Shown here: positions 9,667 through 19,778 of the stretch, one piece after another
How positions within the stretch are numbered: the stretch's first letter is position 1
Layout: every line of letters starts with the position of its first letter
Source: an uncultured Eggerthellaceae bacterium
GTDB taxonomy: Bacteria; Actinomycetota; Coriobacteriia; Coriobacteriales; Eggerthellaceae
Assembly (NCBI GenBank): GCA_947632575.1
Contig: CANRPV010000001.1
Span: 102 to 64,101 of the forward strand
Reading direction: 5' to 3'
DNA: 64,000 nt
Translations under genes and position numbers: made by a program
The notes under the pieces: model-generated
Databases searched by the model: none
Told to the model about the DNA's origin: nothing
Seen by the model: only the letters and a program-made list of their open reading frames with translations

Positions 9667-10557
9667 ATGAAAGCAGGACGAATAGGGAAGTTTGCTCTCG
9701 TAGGAGCGTTGGCATTGGGGATCTGTAGTCTTTGCGCCTGTGCAGCCAACACTTCTGAGACGGACGCCTCTGGCGATGACATCATCTCGGTCATTTCACG
9801 CGAAGACGGATCAGGCACCCGAAGCGCCTTTATCGAACTTCTAGGTATCGAAAACAAGGATTCCAGCGGACAAAGCGTTGACGCAACGACTCCTGACGCA
9901 GTCATAACCAATTCAACTTCAGTCATGATGACGACGGTCGCAGGGGATCCTCTGGCAATCGGCTATATCTCACTAGGCTCACTTAATGACAACGTGAAAG
10001 CAGTGGAGGTAGATGGCGTAGCGGCCACGGCGGCGAATGTGAAAGATGGCAGCTACACCGTTTCCCGGCCGTTCAACATTGTCACAAATGGTACTGAAAA
10101 TGATGTGGTTCGTGACTTTATCAGCTTCGTTTTAAGCAATCAGGGTCAGGCTATCGTTGAGCAAGAGGGTTACATAGCCGTCGATGAAGGCGCTGGAAAC
10201 TACGAACCATCTGAGCTGAGCGGTACAGTTGTGGTAGCCGGTTCTTCTTCAGTGACACCGGTCATGGAGGTGCTTGCCGAAGCCTATGAGGGATTGAACG
10301 GTGGCGTTGATATCCAGGTCAACCAGTCGGATTCCACCACCGGAATCAACAGCATCATTGACGGTACCGCCGATATCGGTATGGCTTCGCGCGAGTTAAA
10401 GAACTCAGAAATCGATAAAGGCCTCATAGGGACTGTAATCGCGCAAGATGGTATCGCTATTATCGTCAATCTGGACAACCCCGTTGAAAATCTAAGTACC
10501 GCGCAGATTCGAGAAATCTATATGGGCGAAATAACTTATTGGGGAGATATCGATTAA
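9667..10557 (+). CDS. pstS: Phosphate ABC transporter substrate-binding lipoprotein
   Basis: Lipobox LGICSLCAC, SREDGSGTR and SSVTP motifs typical of PstS, and it is followed by pstCAB. Confidence 0.9.
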   Translation: MKAGRIGKFALVGALALGICSLCACAANTSETDASGDDIISVISREDGSGTRSAFIELLGIENKDSSGQSVDATTPDAVITNSTSVMMTTVAGDPLAIGYISLGSLNDNVKAVEVDGVAATAANVKDGSYTVSRPFNIVTNGTENDVVRDFISFVLSNQGQAIVEQEGYIAVDEGAGNYEPSELSGTVVVAGSSSVTPVMEVLAEAYEGLNGGVDIQVNQSDSTTGINSIIDGTADIGMASRELKNSEIDKGLIGTVIAQDGIAIIVNLDNPVENLSTAQIREIYMGEITYWGDID

Positions 10558-10562
10558 GTAGT

Positions 10563-11417
10563 ATGTCCGCGAAGTTTAAAGAAAAGCTGGCCTCCGCTCT
10601 TTTTGGTTTCACAGCGGCTGTTTCCATTCTCGCGGTGGCACTCATCTGCCTGTTCCTCTTTCTTAATGGCGTCCCCGCGCTTGCCGATATTGGCTTGCCA
10701 GAGTTTCTCTTTGGTTCGACCTGGCAACCGAGTAGTGGCATTTACGGCATATTTCCCATGATCGTGGGTAGTATCTACGTTACGGCGGGCGCCATGATCG
10801 TTGGGGTGCCGACGGGACTCTTGACGGCTCTTTATCTTTCGCGCTTCGCGAACGCGAAGATAGCCCAGTTTCTCAAACCGGGTGTGGAGCTTTTGGCGGG
10901 TATTCCTTCGGTGGTCTACGGCTTTTTTGGCCTTATGATTATCGTCCCCTTTATTCGCACCTCCATGCCCGGCAATGGCTTTTCTTTGCTCGCAGCCTCT
11001 CTTCTGCTTGGCGTCATGATCCTTCCCACCGTAATCACGGTAGCTCAGAGTGCTCTCGATGCGGTGCCGCGAAGCTATTACGAAGGTGCTCTAGCGCTGG
11101 GAGCAGATCACGAACGATCCGTGCTACAGGTGGTGGTGCCGGCTGCGGTGTCAGGACTTATGGCTTCGGTCATTTTAGGAGTAGGGCGAGCTATTGGTGA
11201 GACCATGGCCGTGGTTATGGTAGCGGGTAATCAAGTGCAAATACCGACAAGCATATTCGAAGGTGTGAGGACTATGACCGCCAACATTGTGCTTGAGATG
11301 GGTTATGCCGCTGATCTGCATAGAGGAGCGCTCATCGCCACGGGGGTCGTTCTATTTGTATTCATCTTGCTGATCACCTTGCTGCTCAATCTGATAAAGA
11401 GGCGCAGCGAGATTTAA
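10563..11417 (+). CDS. pstC: Phosphate ABC transporter permease
   Basis: Polytopic permease with an EAA-like loop (ALGADHERSVLQVVVP). ATG 10563 chosen just after the pstS stop. Confidence 0.9.
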   Translation: MSAKFKEKLASALFGFTAAVSILAVALICLFLFLNGVPALADIGLPEFLFGSTWQPSSGIYGIFPMIVGSIYVTAGAMIVGVPTGLLTALYLSRFANAKIAQFLKPGVELLAGIPSVVYGFFGLMIIVPFIRTSMPGNGFSLLAASLLLGVMILPTVITVAQSALDAVPRSYYEGALALGADHERSVLQVVVPAAVSGLMASVILGVGRAIGETMAVVMVAGNQVQIPTSIFEGVRTMTANIVLEMGYAADLHRGALIATGVVLFVFILLITLLLNLIKRRSEI

Positions 11418-11423
11418 TGGAGG

Positions 11424-12305
11424 ATGGCTAAATTGGCTTTCAGCGACGCTCATGGAAGAAGGTTGAAAGCGGCGATTGTCCGTTGGGTTATTTACGGAGC
11501 TACGCTTCTTACGGTAGCGGTGTTGTTCGGTATTCTCGGTTACATTCTTTGTAATGGTGTACCCAATCTCACACCGGAGCTTTTTGCCTGGGAATACACC
11601 ACCGACAATGTCTCCCTGATGCCCGCTTTCATCAACACAATCCTTATCGCAGCTCTGGCCTTGACCATTGCTGTCCCCTTAGGGATTGGTGCGGCGATCT
11701 ATCTGGTGGAATATGCGCGACGGGGTAATCGCTTCGTGATGGTGGTGAGAGCGGCTGCCGAGACGCTCCAAGGAATTCCCTCGATTATCTATGGGCTTTT
11801 TGGATTGCTCTTTTTCGTGACGGCTCTGGGATGGCGGCTTTCGCTCATGGCGGGTGCCTTTACGTTGGCGATCATGGTGCTTCCCGTAATCATGCGCACG
11901 ACCGAAGAGGCATTGTTGGCGGTACCAAACGCGTATCGTGAGGCGAGCTTCGGCCTTGGCGCCGGGCGCTTGCGCACAGTGTTTTGCTGCGTGCTGCCGA
12001 CAGCGATTCCCGGTATCGTCGGAGGTGTGATCCTCGCGTTAGGACGGTGCGTGGGGGAGGTCGCGGCGCTACTCTATACGGCGGGCTCTGTCGCCGAAGT
12101 ACCGAATTTTCTCCAACAAGGATTCGCGGCTTTTTTTCAACCTACGCGTACCCTTGCGACGCATCTGTATGTACTCGCTAGTGAGGGACTTCATACACAA
12201 GAGACTTTCGCCACCGCCGTCGTGCTTTTAATCCTCGTGATTACGCTCAATCTCGGAGCCAACTTTTTTGCGAAAAAGCTGGGTGTTAAGAGAGAGGATG
12301 GCTAA
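11424..12305 (+). CDS. pstA: Phosphate ABC transporter permease
   Basis: Polytopic permease with [21 protein letters not shown] loop, between pstC and pstB. Confidence 0.9.
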   Translation: MAKLAFSDAHGRRLKAAIVRWVIYGATLLTVAVLFGILGYILCNGVPNLTPELFAWEYTTDNVSLMPAFINTILIAALALTIAVPLGIGAAIYLVEYARRGNRFVMVVRAAAETLQGIPSIIYGLFGLLFFVTALGWRLSLMAGAFTLAIMVLPVIMRTTEEALLAVPNAYREASFGLGAGRLRTVFCCVLPTAIPGIVGGVILALGRCVGEVAALLYTAGSVAEVPNFLQQGFAAFFQPTRTLATHLYVLASEGLHTQETFATAVVLLILVITLNLGANFFAKKLGVKREDG

Positions 12306-13083
12306 GTTGGAATATCACTCGGAGCAAAAAGCATCACCTAAGATGAGCGTCAAGGATTTGAACCTCTATTACAAGGACTTTCAGGCACTAAAATCCGTAA
12401 ACCTTGATTTTCCTGCTCATCAGGTGACCGCACTCATCGGTCCATCGGGTTGTGGTAAATCCACGTTGCTCAAGTGCCTTAATCGTATGAATGATCTGGT
12501 GGCGGGTTGTCAAATTACCGGGACGGTATTTTTGGATGGTCAAGATGCCTACAAAGAGGTAAACGTAAATGACCTTAGACGGCGGGTCGGCATGGTCTTT
12601 CAGCAACCCAATCCATTCCCCATGAGCATCTACGACAACATAGCATTCGGCCCTCGTACCCATGGTATTAAAAGCAGGTCTGATCTAGACGTCATCGTGG
12701 AGCAAAGCCTTCGATCAGCTGCTCTCTGGGACGAGTTGAAGGATCGACTGAAGAAGAATGCTTTGAGTCTTTCGGGAGGACAGCAACAAAGACTTTGCAT
12801 TGCGCGGGCTTTAGCCGTCAAGCCCGAAGTTTTGTTGATGGATGAATCTACGGCAGCACTGGATCCTATCTCTACAGCGAAGATCGAAGAGCTGGTAGGA
12901 GAGCTGAAGGATTCCTATACCATCATCATGGTGACCCATAATATGCTACAGGCGCGTCGTGTCTCGGACAGGACGGCGTTTTTTCTCCTCGGGGAAATGG
13001 TAGAGATGGGTCCTACTGAAATCCTGTTCTCCCGGCCTCGGGAAAAGCGCACCGCCAGTTATGTCTCAGGGGAATTTGGATAA
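12298..13083 (+). CDS. pstB: Phosphate ABC transporter ATP-binding protein
   Basis: Walker [10 protein letters not shown], signature LSGGQQQR, Walker B LLMDE. ATG 12298 overlaps the pstA stop (ATGGCTAA). Confidence 0.92.
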   Translation: MAKLEYHSEQKASPKMSVKDLNLYYKDFQALKSVNLDFPAHQVTALIGPSGCGKSTLLKCLNRMNDLVAGCQITGTVFLDGQDAYKEVNVNDLRRRVGMVFQQPNPFPMSIYDNIAFGPRTHGIKSRSDLDVIVEQSLRSAALWDELKDRLKKNALSLSGGQQQRLCIARALAVKPEVLLMDESTAALDPISTAKIEELVGELKDSYTIIMVTHNMLQARRVSDRTAFFLLGEMVEMGPTEILFSRPREKRTASYVSGEFG

Positions 13084-13131
13084 AATGATCCAGATGGGAA
13101 ATGGCGTCGGAGCCGTTTAAAGGGGAGTCCT

Positions 13132-13821
13132 TTGATCTATTACGTCGAAGACGATATCAACATTCGCGAACTTACGCTCTATGCCCTCAAACAGGCGGGC
13201 TATGAGGCGGAAGGTTTCGCCCACGCCACGCCGTTTTTCGAGGCCTGCGCGAAGGTCAAGCCGGATCTGATCTTGCTCGATATCATGCTGCCGGAGATCG
13301 ATGGTATCCAAATCTTGAAGAAGCTGAGAGAAGATCTGACCACTCAATACATACCAGTCATGATGCTGACCGCTAAAGGGACCGAATATGATACGGTTCG
13401 TGGTCTTGACGCGGGAGCTGATGATTATCTAGCGAAGCCCTTTGGCATGATGGAGCTGATCTCGCGCGTGAACGCGTTGCTTCGCCGCGCACAAACTCCG
13501 GCTATCGCCCAGAAGGATTCTATAGAAGCGGGACCGGTGGAGATTTCCCTCGTGGCGCACACGGTGACGATCGGGGGAGTTCCGGTCGCTTTAACCTTAA
13601 AGGAATTCGATCTGCTTTCGATGCTCGTGGAAAACGAGGGACATGTGCTGACAAGAGCCCAGCTGCTTGAGGGCGTTTGGGATATCACCTATATCGGGGA
13701 GACGCGCACCGTGGACGTCCATATCCAAACTTTGCGGCAGAAGATGGAAAAAGCTCTGGAAGGAAGTGGCGCTCTCATAAACACCGTGCGCGGTGTCGGC
13801 TATAGCTTTTCGCGAGAATAG
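13132..13821 (+). CDS. OmpR/PhoB-family response regulator
   Basis: TTG start after AAAGGGGAG. Receiver domain (LILLDIMLPEIDG) plus winged-helix output (TVDVHIQTLRQK...VRGVGYSF). Confidence 0.9.
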   Translation: MIYYVEDDINIRELTLYALKQAGYEAEGFAHATPFFEACAKVKPDLILLDIMLPEIDGIQILKKLREDLTTQYIPVMMLTAKGTEYDTVRGLDAGADDYLAKPFGMMELISRVNALLRRAQTPAIAQKDSIEAGPVEISLVAHTVTIGGVPVALTLKEFDLLSMLVENEGHVLTRAQLLEGVWDITYIGETRTVDVHIQTLRQKMEKALEGSGALINTVRGVGYSFSRE

Positions 13822-13833
13822 CGTCGGTGGGCT

Positions 13834-15360
13834 ATGATCCTTGCAAGCGATAGAGAGATCGATAACGAAATGGCTGGAGATGCGGCTGTTGAGGCGGAGC
13901 GTCTCACATCGGTTGCCTCATCGGTTGCCGCGAAAAGTCTGATCCATGGTTCCGAGAAAAGCCTTTCCCGCACGATTTTTCTGCGGGTTCTGATTTTCAC
14001 CCTGCTGGTGGTTCTAATCATTTCACTGGCATTGACCAGCATCTATTACTTCAACTATGAGAACAACGCCGAGAAGGGCTTACAGTCGATAGCGCAAGAA
14101 GCTGCGATTGATCTCAGCGAACTGCCGGTCGATGGTTACGATGAGGTGCTTGCGGCTCAGTTTCCTGATCATGTGCGTTTCACCCTGATCGCCTCAGATG
14201 GAACCGTTCTCTTCGATAGCAGCTTTGATGCCGTCGAGCTGGACAATCACAGTCTTCGCCCCGAATTTCAGGAGGCGCAGGCCCAGGGTGAGAGCACGGT
14301 CATACGCTATTCGGACACGCTTGCCACCGATACACTCTACGCGGCTGTGCGCCTAGATGATGGGGAAGTACTTCGCCTGTCCGAGACGCGAGAGTCGCTG
14401 TTTAGTTTTATGGCAAGTCTCACCGTTCCAATCGTGATCGCGATGCTGATCGCCGGCGCCATGGTGCTGGTGCTTTCGCGAATCATCACCACCCGGATCA
14501 TGAAGCCTATCGATGCCCTCGATTTCTCAGAGCCGCTTGAAAACGACATCTACGAGGAAATGACGCCGCTGCTTACCCGTATCGACACGCAGCAGCTTTT
14601 ACTGAAACGCCAAAATGAGGAGTTAGCTCGTGCCGAGAGCCTCCGAAGGGATTTTTCTGCCAATGTTTCGCATGAGATGAAGACGCCTTTGCAGGTCATC
14701 GCCGGCTACGCGGAGCTGATGCAAGGCGGACTTGTTCCGCCGGAGGATGTGCAACGATTCTCGGGGCTGATTTTTGACGAGTCCTTGGCGATGCGCTCCC
14801 TGATAGATGACGTGCTTCTCCTTTCCCGTCTTGACGAGTCGGCCTTTGAAGATGATGCAGCGGTACCGGTAGATCTTTATCAGTTGGCGCGTCAGGTGGC
14901 TGATCGTCTTGAGGCGGTTGCCGCCGCGAAGGAGGTTGCCGTCAGCGTGAAGGGCAGCTCAGCTCTGGTTAATGGTAACGAGGCTCTCCTTGAAACCATG
15001 ATCCATAACCTCGTGGAGAATGCCATCACCTATAATCGGGCTGAAGGTCAGGTGGAAGTTCTCGTGACAGCTGTCAGCCAAGAAGCGATTCTTCGGGTAA
15101 GTGATACCGGATCGGGTATTCCCGAAGACAAATACGACAAGGTGTTTGAGCGTTTTTACCGTCTTGAGCAAAGCCGTTCCAAGGAGACGGGTGGCACGGG
15201 GCTCGGTCTTGCCATCGTCAAACACGTGGTTTTCTATCATCACGGAGAAATTGAAGTGGAAAGTCAGCTTGGGGAGGGTACCGTCTTCACCGTTCATCTG
15301 CCCCTGCTTGAGATACAGCAAATAAGAACAAAAAAGGCCTGCTCCCAGTCAGAAGGATGA
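13834..15360 (+). CDS. PhoR-like sensor histidine kinase
   Basis: Two TM segments, H-box FSANVSHEMKTPL, N box and G boxes (DTGSGIP, GGTGLGLAIVK). Confidence 0.88.
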   Translation: MILASDREIDNEMAGDAAVEAERLTSVASSVAAKSLIHGSEKSLSRTIFLRVLIFTLLVVLIISLALTSIYYFNYENNAEKGLQSIAQEAAIDLSELPVDGYDEVLAAQFPDHVRFTLIASDGTVLFDSSFDAVELDNHSLRPEFQEAQAQGESTVIRYSDTLATDTLYAAVRLDDGEVLRLSETRESLFSFMASLTVPIVIAMLIAGAMVLVLSRIITTRIMKPIDALDFSEPLENDIYEEMTPLLTRIDTQQLLLKRQNEELARAESLRRDFSANVSHEMKTPLQVIAGYAELMQGGLVPPEDVQRFSGLIFDESLAMRSLIDDVLLLSRLDESAFEDDAAVPVDLYQLARQVADRLEAVAAAKEVAVSVKGSSALVNGNEALLETMIHNLVENAITYNRAEGQVEVLVTAVSQEAILRVSDTGSGIPEDKYDKVFERFYRLEQSRSKETGGTGLGLAIVKHVVFYHHGEIEVESQLGEGTVFTVHLPLLEIQQIRTKKACSQSEG

Positions 15361-15380
15361 ACCCACCTCTAAAGGTGGGT
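15361..15380 (+). terminator. Short hairpin immediately after the kinase stop codon (weak terminator candidate)
   Basis: ACCCACC-TCTAAA-GGTGGGT. No clear U-tract. Confidence 0.3.
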
Positions 15381-15703
15381 GCTCTCAGCGGGCTTCCTAG
15401 CTTTCTTATCAACAGACAAGAATCCCTATTCCACCAGCAATCTTGAACTCCCTCATCGATAACCGTCGGTCCATCGCGTGTATGACGGGAGCAGTACCTT
15501 TATTGAAGTATAGGGTACTATAGCAAAAGAAAAAGTCTTGACTTAGTGCAGGGCGTTCTCTGTATTGCTTTCGTTGCTTTCAGCTACCTGATTGTCATTT
15601 TGAAGTTTGCTAATATGACTTTCAGGCCCATTGGAATCAGGCCCATTGAATTAAGCTCATCGCTATTGAGTCTATTGGAACTAAGTTCTGATGAGAAAAA
15701 GAA

Positions 15704-15790
15704 TGGTGCGGGTGAAAGGACTTGAACCTTCATGGGGTTACCCCCATACGGACCTGAACCGTACGCGTCTGCCAATTCCGCCACACCCGC
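15704..15790 (-). tRNA. tRNA-Leu (anticodon CAG), type II, CCA encoded
   Basis: The reverse complement reads GCGGGTGTGGCGGAATTGGCAGACGCGTACGGTTCAGGTCCGTA...GGTTCAAGTCCTTTCACCCGCACCA. The anticodon loop is TTCAGGT and there is a long variable arm. Confidence 0.9.
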
Positions 15791-15988
15791 ACAACATGCC
15801 GCCGCAAAAGCGACCATACGTCAAGCAAGCAGGATAAAGCTTGGTTTCGTTGAGCTTCTCAAAGCCTCAGCTCAACTGCCGCCGCTTGCTGAAAGTGGGA
15901 GTTATCATACCCCAGACGCAGGCCTTCCGCAAGCGCATTCCACAGGCGTCTTCGGCAGTCTTCGTTAAGTTCTCCCGACTGGGCCGCT

Positions 15989-16753
15989 CTAGATAAAGCC
16001 GTAATAATGGCGCTGAACCACCGCTTGGTAGACCCAGTTGATCAGCGTGATGAAATCGTAGACCGGAAGTCCGCAGGCCCTCTGAATATCGGCGGCATAG
16101 GGAGGTAGATCGCTACACTCCAGCAGGATCGCCCCAATCTCGGGATGATCCTTTTTTAGCTGCTGAGCCAAAGCGGCAAGATCTTTTGCCAGCGCCTGGT
16201 TGTCGAGCTCGGTTTTTCCCCAGCGGATAGGAGCGAAGCTTTCCATGTCGCCCACGTTTTGAACGACGATGCGCTTACTATCGCAACCCACGTGGGCAAG
16301 CAAGCCGTCGTTCACGCTTGGGCTGTCAGCAGCGAAAACTCCCACCTTTTGGTCAGATTTCAGGCCTAAAAGAATGGTGGGGAGTTGGGCCAAGCTCGTC
16401 ATGAACACCGGAACGTCCACGGCGTTGGCCACATCTTCCTGGAAATGAGCAAAAAAGCCGCAGGCACCGACGATGGCACGTACACCTTCGGCCTCTAAGG
16501 ATTTGGCGGCTTCTATAACGCCGGCCTCGATGGAAGGATCCCCGGCAAAGAGTTGCTCGATCTCGAAGGTGACTTTCTTGTAGAGGACGGGGAAGGAGAA
16601 CGTGGTCGCGTTTACCACATTACCGGGCATTTTTGGGTAGTCCAGTTCAATGGCGATTACGCCGATCGGAAATCCGGCGGTGTAACGTGGCACTTCCACG
16701 GTGCTATGCAGATCGTGTCTTGTTTCAAAGGTGGGGTGGTTTTTGTCCATCAT
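15989..16753 (-). CDS. Asp/Glu/hydantoin-racemase-family protein
   Basis: 254 aa. GVRAIVGACGFF and ILLECSDLPPY segments place two conserved Cys-containing loops as in the Asp/Glu racemase superfamily. Family-level call only. Confidence 0.7.
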   Translation of the reverse strand: MMDKNHPTFETRHDLHSTVEVPRYTAGFPIGVIAIELDYPKMPGNVVNATTFSFPVLYKKVTFEIEQLFAGDPSIEAGVIEAAKSLEAEGVRAIVGACGFFAHFQEDVANAVDVPVFMTSLAQLPTILLGLKSDQKVGVFAADSPSVNDGLLAHVGCDSKRIVVQNVGDMESFAPIRWGKTELDNQALAKDLAALAQQLKKDHPEIGAILLECSDLPPYAADIQRACGLPVYDFITLINWVYQAVVQRHYYGFI

Positions 16754-16952
16754 GTGGTCCTCTAAGATCTCTCAGCCATTAGGTTTCAGAATTGCTCAGG
16801 TTCGAGATTGTCAGATATTTCGAATCGTTAGTGACGGGTTCCAGATACTTCAGGTTCTTGGATTTGTTCACTTTCATGATACGTCAGCGGCCTGACAAAA
16901 CTTTGGAAGTCTCATCAGGCCGCCGTTGCGTGCAATCTTTGCCTCGGAGCGA

Positions 16953-18176
16953 TTAGCCGGCATACTCTCCGGTATGCAGATAGGTGAGCAATTGCTCGTC
17001 GGTGAGGTTTTCGATACCCAGATCAGCCAGTGTCATGCCCTGTGCGAAGTAATCGGTTTGGTTCATGACGCCCGCGAGCACGATCATCGAGTCAATAACC
17101 GGGGTCTTGATGCCATAACGCTTGCCAAGCTCATGATAGATGTGGCAACCGACCGGGATGTCCTCGGTGATGTAGCGATTGCGGATGTCGAAGGGACCCG
17201 TGCCGAAACCGGTCGGCCACTGATCTTCGAAGGGAACGATGCACTCGTCACCCATGTACTCGGGACCGAGGATGCTCGTGCGGGACATGAAGTTCTTCTT
17301 GTCGAAGTCCTGCACATGAACGCCGATGGCCTTCGCCAGCTGTACTTCCTCCTGATAAAACGCATATTGCACCTCGGCGATGGAGGGGCAGTAGGCGTGG
17401 GAGTAGATGGAATAGGTGTAGTGGTCATTTCCGCCGTAGATGATGCCCCAGTTCTCCATGGTGCCGACGCCCAGCAGCGTACCGGGGCAGTGCAGTACGG
17501 GGTTGACGTTGGAGAAGCCGATGTCGAGAACCGTGTCGCCAGAGGTGGGACCATCACCTTGGGTGATGGAGTCGAAGCAGCCGAGCAGCTCAGAGCTTTG
17601 CAGGAATGCCTCTTGGTCGGTCATGGGCAGAGCAGCGCCGCGCAGGGTGATCGCGCGATAAACCAGCGATACGTCGGAGTCCATGACGCCACCCTCGGTC
17701 TCGACGCGAGCGCCGTAAGGAGCTGAGGACCAACCGCCGACGATGACCTTTTTGTCGCAACCGAGTTCGCGCATACGCTTGCGCAGACGCAGGCTGCCAT
17801 AGTTATCGGGGATGATGTGGATGATCATGCCGTCTTCCAGCACGGGGATGAGCTGCTCGAAGAAGACGTCATGGGCGATTGAAGGCGTCGCGATGATGAT
17901 GAGCTTCGCGCCCTTGACCGCCTCTGCCACCGAGGTGGTGACCAGATCGAAATGACCGGTGCCCAGTCGATGGAAACCGTATTTATTCTTCGGCGTTCCC
18001 GTAAGGGTAATGCCGGTTTTGTCCAGATCGCGCAGCGTCTTTGACGCGAACGGCTCAAGGTCGCAAATGCGAACGCTGTTGCCTGCCAACGCGCAGTCCG
18101 CGCCGCATGCCTTACCGACTGCGCCGCCGCCGAGAATGGCAACAGGCGAATCTTTCAAATCATCGAGAGTAAACAT
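16953..18176 (-). CDS. NAD(P)-dependent opine (octopine/nopaline) dehydrogenase-family protein
   Basis: 407 aa with an N-terminal Rossmann motif ILGGGAVGKACGADCALAGNSVRICD. Length and C-terminal domain resemble opine dehydrogenases. SD GGAAGGAA upstream. Confidence 0.7.
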   Translation of the reverse strand: MFTLDDLKDSPVAILGGGAVGKACGADCALAGNSVRICDLEPFASKTLRDLDKTGITLTGTPKNKYGFHRLGTGHFDLVTTSVAEAVKGAKLIIIATPSIAHDVFFEQLIPVLEDGMIIHIIPDNYGSLRLRKRMRELGCDKKVIVGGWSSAPYGARVETEGGVMDSDVSLVYRAITLRGAALPMTDQEAFLQSSELLGCFDSITQGDGPTSGDTVLDIGFSNVNPVLHCPGTLLGVGTMENWGIIYGGNDHYTYSIYSHAYCPSIAEVQYAFYQEEVQLAKAIGVHVQDFDKKNFMSRTSILGPEYMGDECIVPFEDQWPTGFGTGPFDIRNRYITEDIPVGCHIYHELGKRYGIKTPVIDSMIVLAGVMNQTDYFAQGMTLADLGIENLTDEQLLTYLHTGEYAG

Positions 18177-18735
18177 AACGCTGTCCCTATTCCTTCCTTG
18201 CAGCTGGGCCGCGCACCCCTCCCCGGATGATCAGCGGCCAGTGAAGCGTCTGCTTATGGATAATGGCTCTTCTGATAGATTTCTGAGAGCCATTTCCTTC
18301 TGTAGGGATATTAACAGGCTTTAGGAAAAACGGAACGCCAGTTATCGTTTTATCTGTTGTAGAAAAAAATGAAGCCTGACCGTCGTTTTCTTGAATGGCC
18401 AAAGGTCTTGAACCACTTACCCGGCTTTTCTAACATAACCGAAACGTTTTCCCTCCTATCCTTTTGGATTTCGCAGAGGCGAAAGAATCGGTTGAAGCCG
18501 CAAGCGAATTGAGCCACATAAGCCGTGGGCGAATTGAACCGAAGGCGAAACGAACTTCATAAACCGTAGGTGAAATGAACCGTGAGTGAAGTGAGCTGTA
18601 GGTGAAATGGACCATAGGTGAATGGGCGTTCGCAAATGGAGAGGACCGATTGAGAAGGACAGGCGGGAAATCGCAGAGGAAATCTCAGAAGGTTATGAGA
18701 AACAGCAGGTATGACCTGTAAGGAAGGGGTTCAAA

Positions 18736-19590
18736 ATGAAGTTTACGGAGAAAAGAGGAGCGAAGGCGCTTATCGGTGTCATAGCTGCTTCAGCTTTAGT
18801 CGTCGGTGCTTTGAGTGGTTGCGCTCAAAATGCGAGCGAGGAAGCCACTGAGGATCAGGCCGAGGTCATCACCGTTGCCGCGGTGCCAACGCCTCATGCT
18901 GAGGTCCTCAATGACGTCGTGAAGCCGATCTTGGCTGATCAGGGCTACGATCTGGTAGTTCAGGAGTTCACCGATTACGTGCTTCCCAACACCGCCACCG
19001 AAGAGGGCGAAGTAGACGCCAACTACTTCCAGCACGTTCCCTATCTTGACAGCTTCAACGCCGACCGAGGCACCCATCTGGTGGCTGTGACCGCTGTACA
19101 CTTTGAGCCCTTCGGACTCTACAGTGAGAAAATCAGCGACATCAACGAAGTGAGCGATGGTGCCACCGTGGCCATCCCCAACGACGTCACCAACGAGGCT
19201 CGCGCGCTTCTGCTGCTTGAGGCCGTCGGCCTGATCGATTTGGACGATAACGCCGGAATCACCGCAACGCCCAACGACATCATTTCCAATCCGAAGAATC
19301 TGCAGTTTGAAGAGCTCGAGGCCGCGATTGTCCCGACGGTTCTTCAAGATGTCGAGTTGGCTGCCATCAACGGTAACTATGCTATTGCCGCTGGGCTATC
19401 CTCCTCAGATGCTCTTGCTATCGAAGCCACCGACTCCCTTGCCGCTCAAACCTATGCCAACGTGCTCGTGGTGAAAGAGGGCAACGAGAACACCCCAGCC
19501 ATCCAGGCTCTGGCGGCGGCTCTGAACTCTGATGCAGTGCGGGATTATCTGAACGAGAACTACGGCGGTGCGGTGCTCGCCGTCTTCTAA
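18736..19590 (+). CDS. MetQ/NlpA-family substrate-binding lipoprotein (methionine-type)
   Basis: Lipobox LSGCAQN. NYFQHVPYL and NDVTNEARALLLLE motifs are typical of MetQ. No metN/metI partner is adjacent. Confidence 0.85.
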   Translation: MKFTEKRGAKALIGVIAASALVVGALSGCAQNASEEATEDQAEVITVAAVPTPHAEVLNDVVKPILADQGYDLVVQEFTDYVLPNTATEEGEVDANYFQHVPYLDSFNADRGTHLVAVTAVHFEPFGLYSEKISDINEVSDGATVAIPNDVTNEARALLLLEAVGLIDLDDNAGITATPNDIISNPKNLQFEELEAAIVPTVLQDVELAAINGNYAIAAGLSSSDALAIEATDSLAAQTYANVLVVKEGNENTPAIQALAAALNSDAVRDYLNENYGGAVLAVF

Positions 19591-19747
19591 AGACTTCTCA
19601 AATGAGAGGAGTTTTTCTCAAAGCTCCTCTCGGATGAGACTAACTCGGGTCATCGGAAGATAACGAACGAATCACGCCGGAAGATAACGAACGGATCATA
19701 GAGATAAAAGTAACGCATCTCCTTTTCAACAATGCCAACACACTCAG

Positions 19748-19778
19748 AAAAGCGGCTCCGAAAGGGGCCGCTTTTTTC
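19748..19778 (+). terminator. Rho-independent terminator (GNRA-loop hairpin plus T-run), flanked by an A-run so possibly bidirectional
   Basis: AAAAGCGGCTCC-GAAA-GGGGCCGCTTTTTTC. Confidence 0.65.

Noticed and set aside
15537-15700. TTGACT-N17-TGTATT promoter-like element and loose CATTGRAAT repeats next to tRNA-Leu
   Set aside because: The hexamers are weak, the repeats are short and degenerate, and there is no ORF or recognisable RNA structure downstream.
16785-16921. Two loosely similar 24-bp segments (..CAGGTTC..GATT) and a 9-bp stem with a 21-nt loop between the racemase-like and opine-dehydrogenase-like genes
   Set aside because: Only about 60 percent identity between the copies, and the hairpin loop is too long for a confident terminator call.
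16926-17726. 266-aa plus-strand ORF
   Set aside because: It is antisense to the opine-dehydrogenase-like gene, which has a clear Rossmann motif. There is no SD or motif for the plus-strand ORF.
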